From: a bacterium | GTDB lineage: Bacteria > Cyanobacteriota > Sericytochromatia > S15B-MN24 > UBA4093 | Direction: 5' to 3' | Assembly: GCA_017744355.1 (NCBI GenBank) | Contig: JAGIBK010000003.1 | Location: 54,547-118,546, forward strand | DNA: 64,000 nucleotides | In this document: one piece after another, positions 27,779 to 35,424 of the stretch | How the letters are laid out: every line of letters starts with the position of its first letter | Numbering within the stretch: the first letter of the stretch is position 1 | Notes under the pieces: model-generated | Told to the model about the DNA's origin: nothing | Seen by the model: the letters and a program-made list of their open reading frames with translations, nothing else | Database searches by the model: none | Made by a program: the position numbers and the translations under genes

Positions 27779-28291
27779 TTAGGGGGCAGCGACGGTGTAG
27801 GTCACGGTCGAGGTGTAGTCGCCCGCGTCATAGTCGAAGCTGTTGCCGAGCAGATAGGTGACGTTGACGTGGGCGCCGTTCTTGCCGGTCTTCGTGTTGA
27901 GGTCCTTCACCGAAGTCGCCGTGGTGTCCGAGAAGGTGACGGCGGTGTTGGAGCTATCCACCCGGTACTTGAAGTTGGAAAGGGGAATCGACGAGCCGGC
28001 CGCGGTGCCCGCGCCCTGCGGGGCGGTGGCGGTCACGCTGACCTTGGCGCCGCCCTTGTAGTTGCTGAACACGGTGAGGCCCGAGGCGAGGCTCGAAGCG
28101 GTGCCGTCGGCCGCGTCCGGATCGACGGTCAGGGTGCCGGCGAGGTTGTCCATCACGATGGAGAGACGCGCCGGAACGCTGATGTTGACGGTGTGGGTGC
28201 CGTTGGTGGCAGCCTGCGCCACGGGGGCCATGGCAACGAAAAGGCCGAGCGCGAGGGCGCCGGCGCTAAACTGGGTGATTGACTTCATCAT
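27779..28291 (-). CDS. SCPU (spore coat protein U)/Csu-type pilin-like secreted subunit
   Basis: Signal peptide MMKSITQFSAGALALGLFVAMAPVAQA; ~145-aa Thr/Ser/Val-rich mature part ending YTSTVTYTVAAP. First gene after an AT-richer promoter region. Confidence 0.72.
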   Translation of the reverse strand: MMKSITQFSAGALALGLFVAMAPVAQAATNGTHTVNISVPARLSIVMDNLAGTLTVDPDAADGTASSLASGLTVFSNYKGGAKVSVTATAPQGAGTAAGSSIPLSNFKYRVDSSNTAVTFSDTTATSVKDLNTKTGKNGAHVNVTYLLGNSFDYDAGDYTSTVTYTVAAP

Positions 28292-28478
28292 TCGAAGGGG
28301 GCCTTTCTGAACAAGAGGGCTTCGCCACGATGCAACATGGCAACGCGCGAGCGGAAAAACTTCAGCTATCGGAGTTATTCCCTTCGCCTAATGCATTCTT
28401 ACGAAAGACTTCATATAGAAATAATAAAGACTTAGTGAAGGTCAAGCACCACGCGCCTTATCGCTTCACGTCCGTCTT

Positions 28479-28850
28479 CTAACGCAAGGGCCACCAGCGT
28501 CTGGGGATCGCGCTACGGTGCTCGGCCACCCATCGATAGAGCCGATCTTCCCCCCACCGCACGGGAGGCACGTGATAGAGCAGGGCCAGGCAGCCCCAGA
28601 CGCCGCCGAGGGCGCGGAAAGTTCGATTGATCGCCGCTGCCCCTGCGTAGCGTCGTCCCTGAGGCTCGATCGCCCACGCCTCGCGCGCGGCTTGCTCACG
28701 CGTCAAGCCCAGCTCCTCGAGCAGGCCAGGTTCCTGAAAGGGAACGGCCTGGATGCGGCCCGCGCGATCGCGGGCCCTCACCCAGGCCACGGTATCCCGG
28801 CACAAGCCGCATTCCCCATCGTAGACGAGGATCAAGCGCTGCGCGTCCAC
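28479..28850 (-). CDS. Thiol-disulfide oxidoreductase, DCC family (DUF393)
   Basis: Motif VYDGECGLC near the N-terminus; GTG start at 28850 closely following the upstream gene's stop. Confidence 0.82.
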   Translation of the reverse strand: MDAQRLILVYDGECGLCRDTVAWVRARDRAGRIQAVPFQEPGLLEELGLTREQAAREAWAIEPQGRRYAGAAAINRTFRALGGVWGCLALLYHVPPVRWGEDRLYRWVAEHRSAIPRRWWPLR

Positions 28851-28858
28851 CTCGGGGC

Positions 28859-29332
28859 TCAGTACATGCCGAACCGGTCGGGAGTCTGGACCAAGTTGCG
28901 ATCGCGCTCCATGGCCCCCGCCTGCATCTGCTGCGCGAGCTGGGCCTGTTGCTGCTGAGCTTGAAGCGACCCCGCCTCGAGGCCGGTGGTCTGGGCGATC
29001 GCCTCGAGTTGCTTCTTGATATCGTCCAGCTTGCGCGCCACGTCGAGAGCGGCCGCCCCGCCGCCTCCTTGGCCGCCGCCAGCGTCGAGGCCCCCGTCAC
29101 CCTTGCCCGGGGCGGCGTCCGCCATTTGCTGGAGCTGGGCGAGCTGGGCCATGAGGGCCTTCATCGCCTCGGGATTGGCCCCGCTCGCCAGGGCATTCTT
29201 GATCAGCTCGCCGAGCTGCTTGATCTCCTGATCCAGCTTGGCGCCGACCTCTTGGAGCTGTTTGAAGTCAGGAGCACCCTGCGCGCGCTGCAGCGCCTGG
29301 AACCCACCGCCCCCGATCCCGTCGATGCCCAT
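28859..29332 (-). CDS. Hypothetical Gln/Ala/Gly-rich protein (predicted coiled-coil / disordered)
   Basis: AAGGAGG RBS 5 nt upstream of ATG 29332; GC-biased third positions; low-complexity but in-frame throughout. Confidence 0.68.
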   Translation of the reverse strand: MGIDGIGGGGFQALQRAQGAPDFKQLQEVGAKLDQEIKQLGELIKNALASGANPEAMKALMAQLAQLQQMADAAPGKGDGGLDAGGGQGGGGAAALDVARKLDDIKKQLEAIAQTTGLEAGSLQAQQQQAQLAQQMQAGAMERDRNLVQTPDRFGMY

Positions 29333-29449
29333 GGCGTTCCTCCTTGATGAATCACGCGACTCGTCAAGTTATCCCGCCAGGGATCCTCGAAGTGACCTTC
29401 CAGGAAATAAAGGAGCGTTTGGCTTGCGTTAAATCTTCGTTCGAGTGGC

Positions 29450-31114
29450 TCAGATGTGATAGCCGCGGAAGCGCTCGGTCTTGGCCTGCGGGCGCAGCAC
29501 GGCCGCGTCCTGGACCCGGGCGGCCTCCTGGGCCACGCCGAAGTAGTCGAGCCACTCTTGCGGGGCGTCGATGGTCTCGCCGCCGTGGCTCGTCAGGCGC
29601 GATCGCACCTGGCACAGCACCGGAGTATTGATCGCAACCCCCGCCACCACCACTTGCCCCTTGGTCAGGGCCGGCAGCTCGTCCAGCAGGTCGCGCCCCG
29701 CGCCCTCGACCGAGCTTGCGATGGTCTGCTGGTCGATGGGGTTCACGATCTTCATGATGAACTGGGTCATGCACTGGGAGAGCACGTCGCTGTCCAGCTT
29801 GCCCGGTCGCTGGGTGATGAGGCCGACCCCCACGCCGAACTTGCGGCCCTCGGCGAGGATCGTCTTGAGGATCGGGGTGCTGACGACTGTGGCCCCGGCC
29901 GGTGCGAAGCGGTGGGCCTCTTCGAGCAGCACGAAGACCGGGTAAGGCACGTAGGTCTCGCCGTCGTGGACCTTGCCGTTCTTGGTGTCCATCCGCGCGC
30001 GGTTGATGCGCCTGAGCAGGGTCGAGACGATCACCTGCTGCATGTCCTGGTCGATCTCGTTGAGCTGGATGACCGTGACCTGGCCGGGGGCGAACAGCTC
30101 GGGCAAAGGCAGGTGGTCCCGGTCGTGGAAGATCCGCGATCGCGCGAAGCGGTCCTCGAGGCGCCAGCGGATGCCCTCGATGGTGCTCGCGTTGGAGGAC
30201 GGATCGTCCTCGGCCCCCTCGGTGCGCATGGCATCCAGCGCGTTGAAGAGGTCCTGGAGGCCCCACAGGTGGCCGTCACCCTTGCGGCCCCGGACCCGGT
30301 CGAAGGCCTTGCCGAGGAAGGCGTTCATCTTCTCGCTCATCATGGGCAGCAGCGATCGCACGTCAGTCTCGGTGAGGCTCGAGAAGCGGATCCGCACCTG
30401 ATCGTGCGGGATGATCCGCACCCGAGGCCGGTAGCCGCCCTGCGAGAAGGCCGGATGGTTCTCGAACTCGCGGAAGGTGTGGTACTCGCCGTGGGGGTCG
30501 ATGACGAGCACCGCCGCGCGGTTGTAGGGGCGCAGCAGCTCCTCGATGAGCACACCCGCCGTGTAGCTCTTGCCGGAGCCGGTGGAGGCCAGAATGGCCA
30601 GGTGGGTCGAGACCAGGTTCTTGACGTCCAGCACCACGGGCACCTCGCCGGCCGCTCGGGTCAAGAGCGAGCCGAGGTGGGCCGAGCCTGGCGCCCCTTC
30701 GGTCTTGGGGCTCAAGACCTCGGTCAAGAAGGCGCTACTGGCCAGGTGGACCCGCGCACCCGGATCGGGCATCATCCGCGGATTGACGAAGCCCTTGAAG
30801 CGCGGATCGAAGTAGCCCGCGATCGAGACCGTCACCTCGTAGAGCTCAGGGGTGGCCGCGTCGAAGCCGATCAGCTCGGCCACCTCGGAAGGCGGGATGT
30901 GGGGATCCGCGAGGAAGGCGTCGGGCAGGGTGCGAACGATGGCCTTCTCGGTGATCTTGCCGAGGATCAGGCGCTCGGTGCCGTCCACCGACACCGGGTA
31001 GTAGACGAACTCGCCCACCTTGGTGCGGGCGTTGTCCGGGGTGATGAAGCGGTACTCGTGGGCGCTCTCGCCCGGGCCCTTGACGGTGCCGATCAACAGG
31101 TCTTGGCTCATCAC
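29450..31114 (-). CDS. herA: HerA-like ATPase/helicase (FtsK-HerA superfamily, DUF87-type)
   Basis: Walker A ILASTGSGKSYT, Walker B VFVLLEEAHRF, LITQRP motif, N-terminal barrel-like region. GTG/ATG start overlaps the upstream gene's TGA (GTGATGA). Confidence 0.88.
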   Translation of the reverse strand: MMSQDLLIGTVKGPGESAHEYRFITPDNARTKVGEFVYYPVSVDGTERLILGKITEKAIVRTLPDAFLADPHIPPSEVAELIGFDAATPELYEVTVSIAGYFDPRFKGFVNPRMMPDPGARVHLASSAFLTEVLSPKTEGAPGSAHLGSLLTRAAGEVPVVLDVKNLVSTHLAILASTGSGKSYTAGVLIEELLRPYNRAAVLVIDPHGEYHTFREFENHPAFSQGGYRPRVRIIPHDQVRIRFSSLTETDVRSLLPMMSEKMNAFLGKAFDRVRGRKGDGHLWGLQDLFNALDAMRTEGAEDDPSSNASTIEGIRWRLEDRFARSRIFHDRDHLPLPELFAPGQVTVIQLNEIDQDMQQVIVSTLLRRINRARMDTKNGKVHDGETYVPYPVFVLLEEAHRFAPAGATVVSTPILKTILAEGRKFGVGVGLITQRPGKLDSDVLSQCMTQFIMKIVNPIDQQTIASSVEGAGRDLLDELPALTKGQVVVAGVAINTPVLCQVRSRLTSHGGETIDAPQEWLDYFGVAQEAARVQDAAVLRPQAKTERFRGYHI

Positions 31115-31686
31115 TTCACCGCCTGGATGGTTCGCTGCCAGTTGAGCGCGTTGCGCAGCACCCCGAGCCGTGCGCGATCCTCAGGGCAGAGGGAGTTGAG
31201 GCGATCGAGGACCGCAAGGAGCAAGCTAAGGCTCGCAGGGCCTCCGTTCGCCTGCACCAGGGGCAGGTAGCGCAGCTGGAGGCGCCCCGTCTCGTCCCGG
31301 TGAAAGCGAACAAAGTCCTCGTCCGGCAGGGTCTCGACCTCGGAGTGGACCGGGATCACCTCGCCCGGCACCTCGTGGACCCCGTGCAGAGCGCCCAGGC
31401 GCCCGAGCAACAGGACGCTCACGAGCGTTGCCTGCTCGTCGATGAGGTCCGGCGTGAAGACCCGGATCTCTTGGGGCGAGTTGCTCAGGCGGGGACCGAA
31501 GTGGCCGAAGTCGGGGTTCTGGAGCTGGGAGTCGAAGACGATGCCGATCGCATCCCCCGCCAGGCGCACGAAGCGGCCGAAGGCGTAAGCGCCAGGCTCG
31601 GGAGGCTCGGGGATCTCACCCGGATGGTAGATCTGGCAGACGTAGTCCAGGTGCGATCGCGACGAGACGATCTTTCCGATGCGCAA
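31111..31686 (-). CDS. Hypothetical protein encoded between nurA and herA
   Basis: TTG start at 31686 with GGAGGGAAGG RBS; stop overlaps herA start; GC-biased third positions; no recognisable motif. Confidence 0.6.
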   Translation of the reverse strand: MRIGKIVSSRSHLDYVCQIYHPGEIPEPPEPGAYAFGRFVRLAGDAIGIVFDSQLQNPDFGHFGPRLSNSPQEIRVFTPDLIDEQATLVSVLLLGRLGALHGVHEVPGEVIPVHSEVETLPDEDFVRFHRDETGRLQLRYLPLVQANGGPASLSLLLAVLDRLNSLCPEDRARLGVLRNALNWQRTIQAVK

Positions 31687-31743
31687 GGCCTTCCCTCCAG
31701 TCGAAGCAACCTTTCGATTCTAGAACAAACGATTGATGTCCGG

Positions 31744-32901
31744 CTAGCGGCGCCGGAGCTTGGAGAGGGCCTTCTTCGAGAAGCGCAGCGGCACGCCGCG
31801 CACGTCGAGGAACTCCTGGACGGTGCGGTAGAAGCCGTCGCGATCGGCCGCCGAGAGCACCGCCGTCGCATCCGCCGCCGCCAGCGTGTAGGGGTAGCCG
31901 CCGCCTGCGATCGCATCGGCGCGCACCACGTCCAGCACCTCGTCCAAGAGGCCCGCCTCCTGGATCCAGAGGGGGTACTCCAGGCGCGCGGGCGGCGCGT
32001 CGGCATTGGTCTGCAGGTAGCAGAAGCCGATGCGGCGGGCCCAGTCTCCATAGTTGTCGAGGATCCCCTCGCGCGCGCAGATGGCGGTCGGGGTGCGATC
32101 GCCCCACTCCAGGCGACCCGCAAGCAGCGCGGCGTCGCTGACCCCGCCGGTCCCCGAGAGGCCCCGCCAGCTGGCGAGCATGGTCGCGAGGTCGTGGGCG
32201 TAAGAGGTGTCCACGTAAGCGATGAGCGGCACCCGCGCGGCCTCGGCGTCAGCCAAGAGCCCTCTCACGAGCTCCACGTACCGAAGTGAATAGGCGTCCT
32301 GCTTGCGCTTCTCAGCAAAGGAGACCACCAGGCTGCCGTCCAGGTAGACGATGCGCCCGGGCTCACCCGGCGCGGCCAGGTAGCGCCTGAGGGCGGCCAC
32401 CTCCAGCTCGAAGCGCGCGAGGTCCACCTTGCGCTTGGGCGGGCCCACCTCGTCCTCCTTGAGGTCGTCGGGGCCCAGCACTCGCACGTCCACGTCCTTG
32501 CGGTAGCCTGGGGCCTCGGCGGCATGCAGGTTCTCGAACCACCCCACCTGGACCAGGGCCACCGGCAGCGAAAAGCGCCGATCGGGCTCGATCTGGCTGC
32601 CGTCCGCCGCGAAGGTCGGCCGGCCCGCGAGCTTATTGAAAGCCCAGGCCCTCGCCGCGGAGTGGTCGTTCCATGAAAGGCCGAAAGGGATCCGCGCACC
32701 CCGGTCCCACTCTTCGGTGGGCAGAGCGCCGGGCGCATCGAAAGTGGCAAGGGCCGCCCCGAGCGACGCGGCATCGGCCTCGGAAAGCGCATCGAGGGCC
32801 GCGACGAGCGCTTCGAGCCGTCCGGTCAGGGCGGCGTCGTAGGCGTCGAACGCGCTCGCGCAGGCTTCCAGGGCCCCCAAGAGGCGATCGCGGTAGAGCA
32901 T
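31744..32901 (-). CDS. nurA: NurA-domain 5'-3' nuclease
   Basis: NurA-like N-terminal catalytic motif (…FAADGSQIEPD…); ATG 32901 lies 2 nt after the patatin stop (TGAgcATG); position upstream of herA as in known nurA-herA pairs. Confidence 0.8.
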   Translation of the reverse strand: MLYRDRLLGALEACASAFDAYDAALTGRLEALVAALDALSEADAASLGAALATFDAPGALPTEEWDRGARIPFGLSWNDHSAARAWAFNKLAGRPTFAADGSQIEPDRRFSLPVALVQVGWFENLHAAEAPGYRKDVDVRVLGPDDLKEDEVGPPKRKVDLARFELEVAALRRYLAAPGEPGRIVYLDGSLVVSFAEKRKQDAYSLRYVELVRGLLADAEAARVPLIAYVDTSYAHDLATMLASWRGLSGTGGVSDAALLAGRLEWGDRTPTAICAREGILDNYGDWARRIGFCYLQTNADAPPARLEYPLWIQEAGLLDEVLDVVRADAIAGGGYPYTLAAADATAVLSAADRDGFYRTVQEFLDVRGVPLRFSKKALSKLRRR

Positions 32902-32903
32902 GC

Positions 32904-34172
32904 TCAGGCGTCGAGGGCGTGGTCGAACTCGCGCGCCATGATGAGAGCCTCCTCGGGGATGTCGGCGACACCCAGGTCGGTGGTGACCCAGGCCTCGCGC
33001 CCCAGGGCGAGGTTGGCGTCGTGATAGCCCTGCTGAATGTAGGTCTCGCGCAGCTCAGGGTGGAAGAACCCCTCGAAGACGTCACCCGGCAAGGACGGCC
33101 GGGGGAAGATGGGGATCAAGCGCACGATCCGCCGCCCCAACAGATCGTCGAGGCTCTTGTAGCCTGCCGCCAGGGCCAGGGTCTCGTTGAAGGTGTTGGC
33201 GAGGACATTGCCGTTCTTGCCGCGCTTGAGCAGCTGGTGAAGGCGAGCGAGCTTGTCGTTCTCCTTGCGGACCTTGCGGTAGTTCTGGACGACGAAGCGG
33301 CCCGCGAGCATCGAGAAGACCCGGCCCAGGACCCCGTAGAGCGTGTCGGGCTCGTGCTCGGGTCGATCGACCACCGTCACGCCCGACACCACCAGCACCG
33401 TGTCGATGTCAGGATCCATGCTGATCACGCGGCCGATGGGCGCGTTGTCCATCAGGCCGCCGTCGAACAGCATCGCGCCGCTCGCCGCGTCGCGGGTGGG
33501 CGGGAAGAGGAAGGGAAAGGAGCTCGACGCCTCGATCATCCGCGTCAGGCGGGGCTGGACGTTCGCCTCCCATTCCTCGTGGGTGGTGTCGGCGCTCCAG
33601 ACGTAGTCCTCGTAGACCGAGTAGCGCGCAGCAAGCTCCATGGCGTCGCTCAAGGAGGTGGAGCCCATCAGGTCGGTGGCGACCAGGCTCAGCTTGACGG
33701 GCCGCTTGATGACCTGCGGAAGGCGGACGTAGTCCTCCATGATCTGCCGGACGAAGTGGTGGGAGATGAGCGAGGCGAAGTCGCCACGGATCAACTGCTC
33801 GAAGGCGAAGAGGGAGTCGAAGCCGATGCGGGGGCGGTACTGCCGGCGCAGGGGGTCGACCCCGATGCGGTTGAAGAGGGTGCGCAGGTTGCGGCGCTCC
33901 AATTCGTCGCCGTCCATCCGGCCGAAGCCGTGGTAGAGGTTCTGCGCGTTGACCGTCTCGCGCCAGTGGTACACCAGCTCCGACTCGACCGCCTGGCCCG
34001 TGAACTGACCGGCGGCAATGAGCTGGGCCGCGAAGGTCCCGTTGATGGCCCCCGCCGAGATGCCCACGATGGCGTCGGGGTAGATCTGGTGCTCAGCGAT
34101 GGCCTTGAGGACGCCCGCTTCGTACGCCCCCTTGGCGACCCCGCCGCACAGTACCAAGCCTACCTTGCCCAT
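32904..34172 (-). CDS. Patatin-like phospholipase
   Basis: Oxyanion-hole motif GGVAKGAYEAG, lipase serine motif GISAG, catalytic Asp motif DGGLMDN. RBS GGAGGG before ATG 34172; first gene of the operon. Confidence 0.88.
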   Translation of the reverse strand: MGKVGLVLCGGVAKGAYEAGVLKAIAEHQIYPDAIVGISAGAINGTFAAQLIAAGQFTGQAVESELVYHWRETVNAQNLYHGFGRMDGDELERRNLRTLFNRIGVDPLRRQYRPRIGFDSLFAFEQLIRGDFASLISHHFVRQIMEDYVRLPQVIKRPVKLSLVATDLMGSTSLSDAMELAARYSVYEDYVWSADTTHEEWEANVQPRLTRMIEASSSFPFLFPPTRDAASGAMLFDGGLMDNAPIGRVISMDPDIDTVLVVSGVTVVDRPEHEPDTLYGVLGRVFSMLAGRFVVQNYRKVRKENDKLARLHQLLKRGKNGNVLANTFNETLALAAGYKSLDDLLGRRIVRLIPIFPRPSLPGDVFEGFFHPELRETYIQQGYHDANLALGREAWVTTDLGVADIPEEALIMAREFDHALDA

Positions 34173-34262
34173 ATCGTGTCCCTCCGCGCGAGCGCCATCG
34201 CTTGCACCCTCCTTGTACCCAGCAGGCGCCGGATCGTCGCGCTTACAGCAAAGCGGGCCTTA

Positions 34263-34490
34263 TCCGAAAAAATGGCCAAAATGCTGAGGGCAAGTAGCCA
34301 AATATCAGGATGACAAGGTCACCACCTGGCTTTCAGGCCCAAGCTCGCCCCCCGAAAAAGCGCGAGAGCACGCGTTGTAGAAGGATGGACCAGCCCCTAG
34401 CATCGACGTCGGCGCACAGGGGGACGAGCTTCATTGCTCGGGGCTCCCCAACACCGCCGGATGGCCCTCGGGGCCGGGAGGTTGCGAACG
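34263..34490 (+). repeat. Conserved 5' leader, copy A, upstream of the first RGG/aromatic-rich secreted protein gene
   Basis: Shares long near-identical blocks with 35209..35424 (CCG(A/G)AAAAATGGCCAAA(A/G)TGCTGAGGG…, a ~90-nt core …AGAGCACGCGTTGT…CAGCCCCTAGCATCGAC(G/C)TCGGCGCACA…GGGGG…CGAG, and GGAGGTTGCGAACGATGAAACGGGT). Confidence 0.8.
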
Positions 34491-35114
34491 ATGAAACGGG
34501 TGAAGATGTCGACTTGGATCATCGGCGGCTTAGCCGTTACGGCGACAGCAGCTTGCTCGACCGTGGTTCCGAACACCCCCACGGTCAGCGAAGCTCCGAA
34601 GCCCTTGGCGCAAGTCGCCCCCGATCGCACGATCCTCGCTGAGATCCAGATGCCCAACGAGGATATCTTGAAGTCGCTGCCCAAGGAGATCAGCGAAGCC
34701 GATGCCAAGAAACTGCTCGTTACGCTCCCCATAGATAAGGTTGAGGCTCCTCTGACGATGGGCGACGAGCCGTCGCGCACCACCCTGCAACGGGGCTTCC
34801 GCGGTGGCTTCCGTGGCGGCTTCGGCCGGGGCTTCGGGTTCGGCCGCGGCTTTGGTCGCGGATTCGGCTTCGGCCGCGGCTTCGGCCTCGGCTTCGGCGG
34901 CCTCGGCTTCAGCGGCCTCGGTTGGGGCGGCTGGGGCGGCTGGGGGCCACTCTGGTACCCCTACCAAAACTGGTGGTTCCCCTACACTTGGTCCGGCGCC
35001 GCCTGGACGCCCTACTACTGGCCGACCACCTGGGGCGGCTACAACTACCCCTTCGCGTGGGGCGCGCGCGGACGTTGGTGGCCCTCCGTCTGGCGTTCCC
35101 GCTGGATGTGGTAA
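34491..35114 (+). CDS. Secreted protein (possible lipoprotein) with RGG/FG glycine-arginine repeats and Trp/Tyr-rich C-terminal tail, paralog 1
   Basis: ATG 34491 with GGGAGG RBS; signal peptide MKRVKMSTWIIGGLAVTATAAC; GFRGGFRGGFGRGFGFGRGFG… then WYPYQNWWFPYTW…; GC-biased third positions. Confidence 0.72.
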   Translation: MKRVKMSTWIIGGLAVTATAACSTVVPNTPTVSEAPKPLAQVAPDRTILAEIQMPNEDILKSLPKEISEADAKKLLVTLPIDKVEAPLTMGDEPSRTTLQRGFRGGFRGGFGRGFGFGRGFGRGFGFGRGFGLGFGGLGFSGLGWGGWGGWGPLWYPYQNWWFPYTWSGAAWTPYYWPTTWGGYNYPFAWGARGRWWPSVWRSRWMW

Positions 35115-35126
35115 GCGACACCTAGC

Positions 35127-35173
35127 GCGCGCATGGCGCGGGATCCGCTCGGATCCCGCGCCATGCGCTTTTT
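35127..35173 (+). terminator. Rho-independent terminator of RGG paralog 1
   Basis: gcgcgcatggcgcgggatcc / ggatcccgcgccatgcgc stem with gctc loop, followed by ttttt. Confidence 0.8.
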
Positions 35174-35208
35174 GAGGCGCTGAAACACACCAACCCCTTG
35201 GTGGCCCA

Positions 35209-35424
35209 TCCGGAAAAATGGCCAAAGTGCTGAGGGTAAGTCGAACGATCTCGCTGCAAGAGGGGTGGGGACCTCGATCAGGGCCGAAGCCCGCCCCCTG
35301 CGAAAGCGCCAGAGCACGCGTTGTGGGATTGATGGCCAGCCCCTAGCATCGACCTCGGCGCACAAGGGGGCGAGTTGCTCCTCGGTGTCGCCGAACGGCC
35401 CCAAGGGCCAGGAGGTTGCGAACG
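35209..35424 (+). repeat. Conserved 5' leader, copy B, upstream of the second RGG/aromatic-rich secreted protein gene
   Basis: See copy A; tandem duplication of leader plus gene plus terminator. Confidence 0.8.

Noticed and set aside
22996-28282. Plus-strand ORFs across the pilus locus (22996..24204, 24208..25719, 26187..27419, 27728..28282)
   Set aside because: Antisense to the usher-like, chaperone-like and pilin genes; Arg/Gly-rich; the minus-strand frames carry signal peptides and conserved pilin motifs.
29456-34313. Plus-strand ORFs 29456..31270 (604 aa), 31300..32289 and 32673..34313 (546 aa)
   Set aside because: Antisense to herA, nurA and the patatin gene, whose frames carry Walker, DGS and GxSxG motifs respectively.
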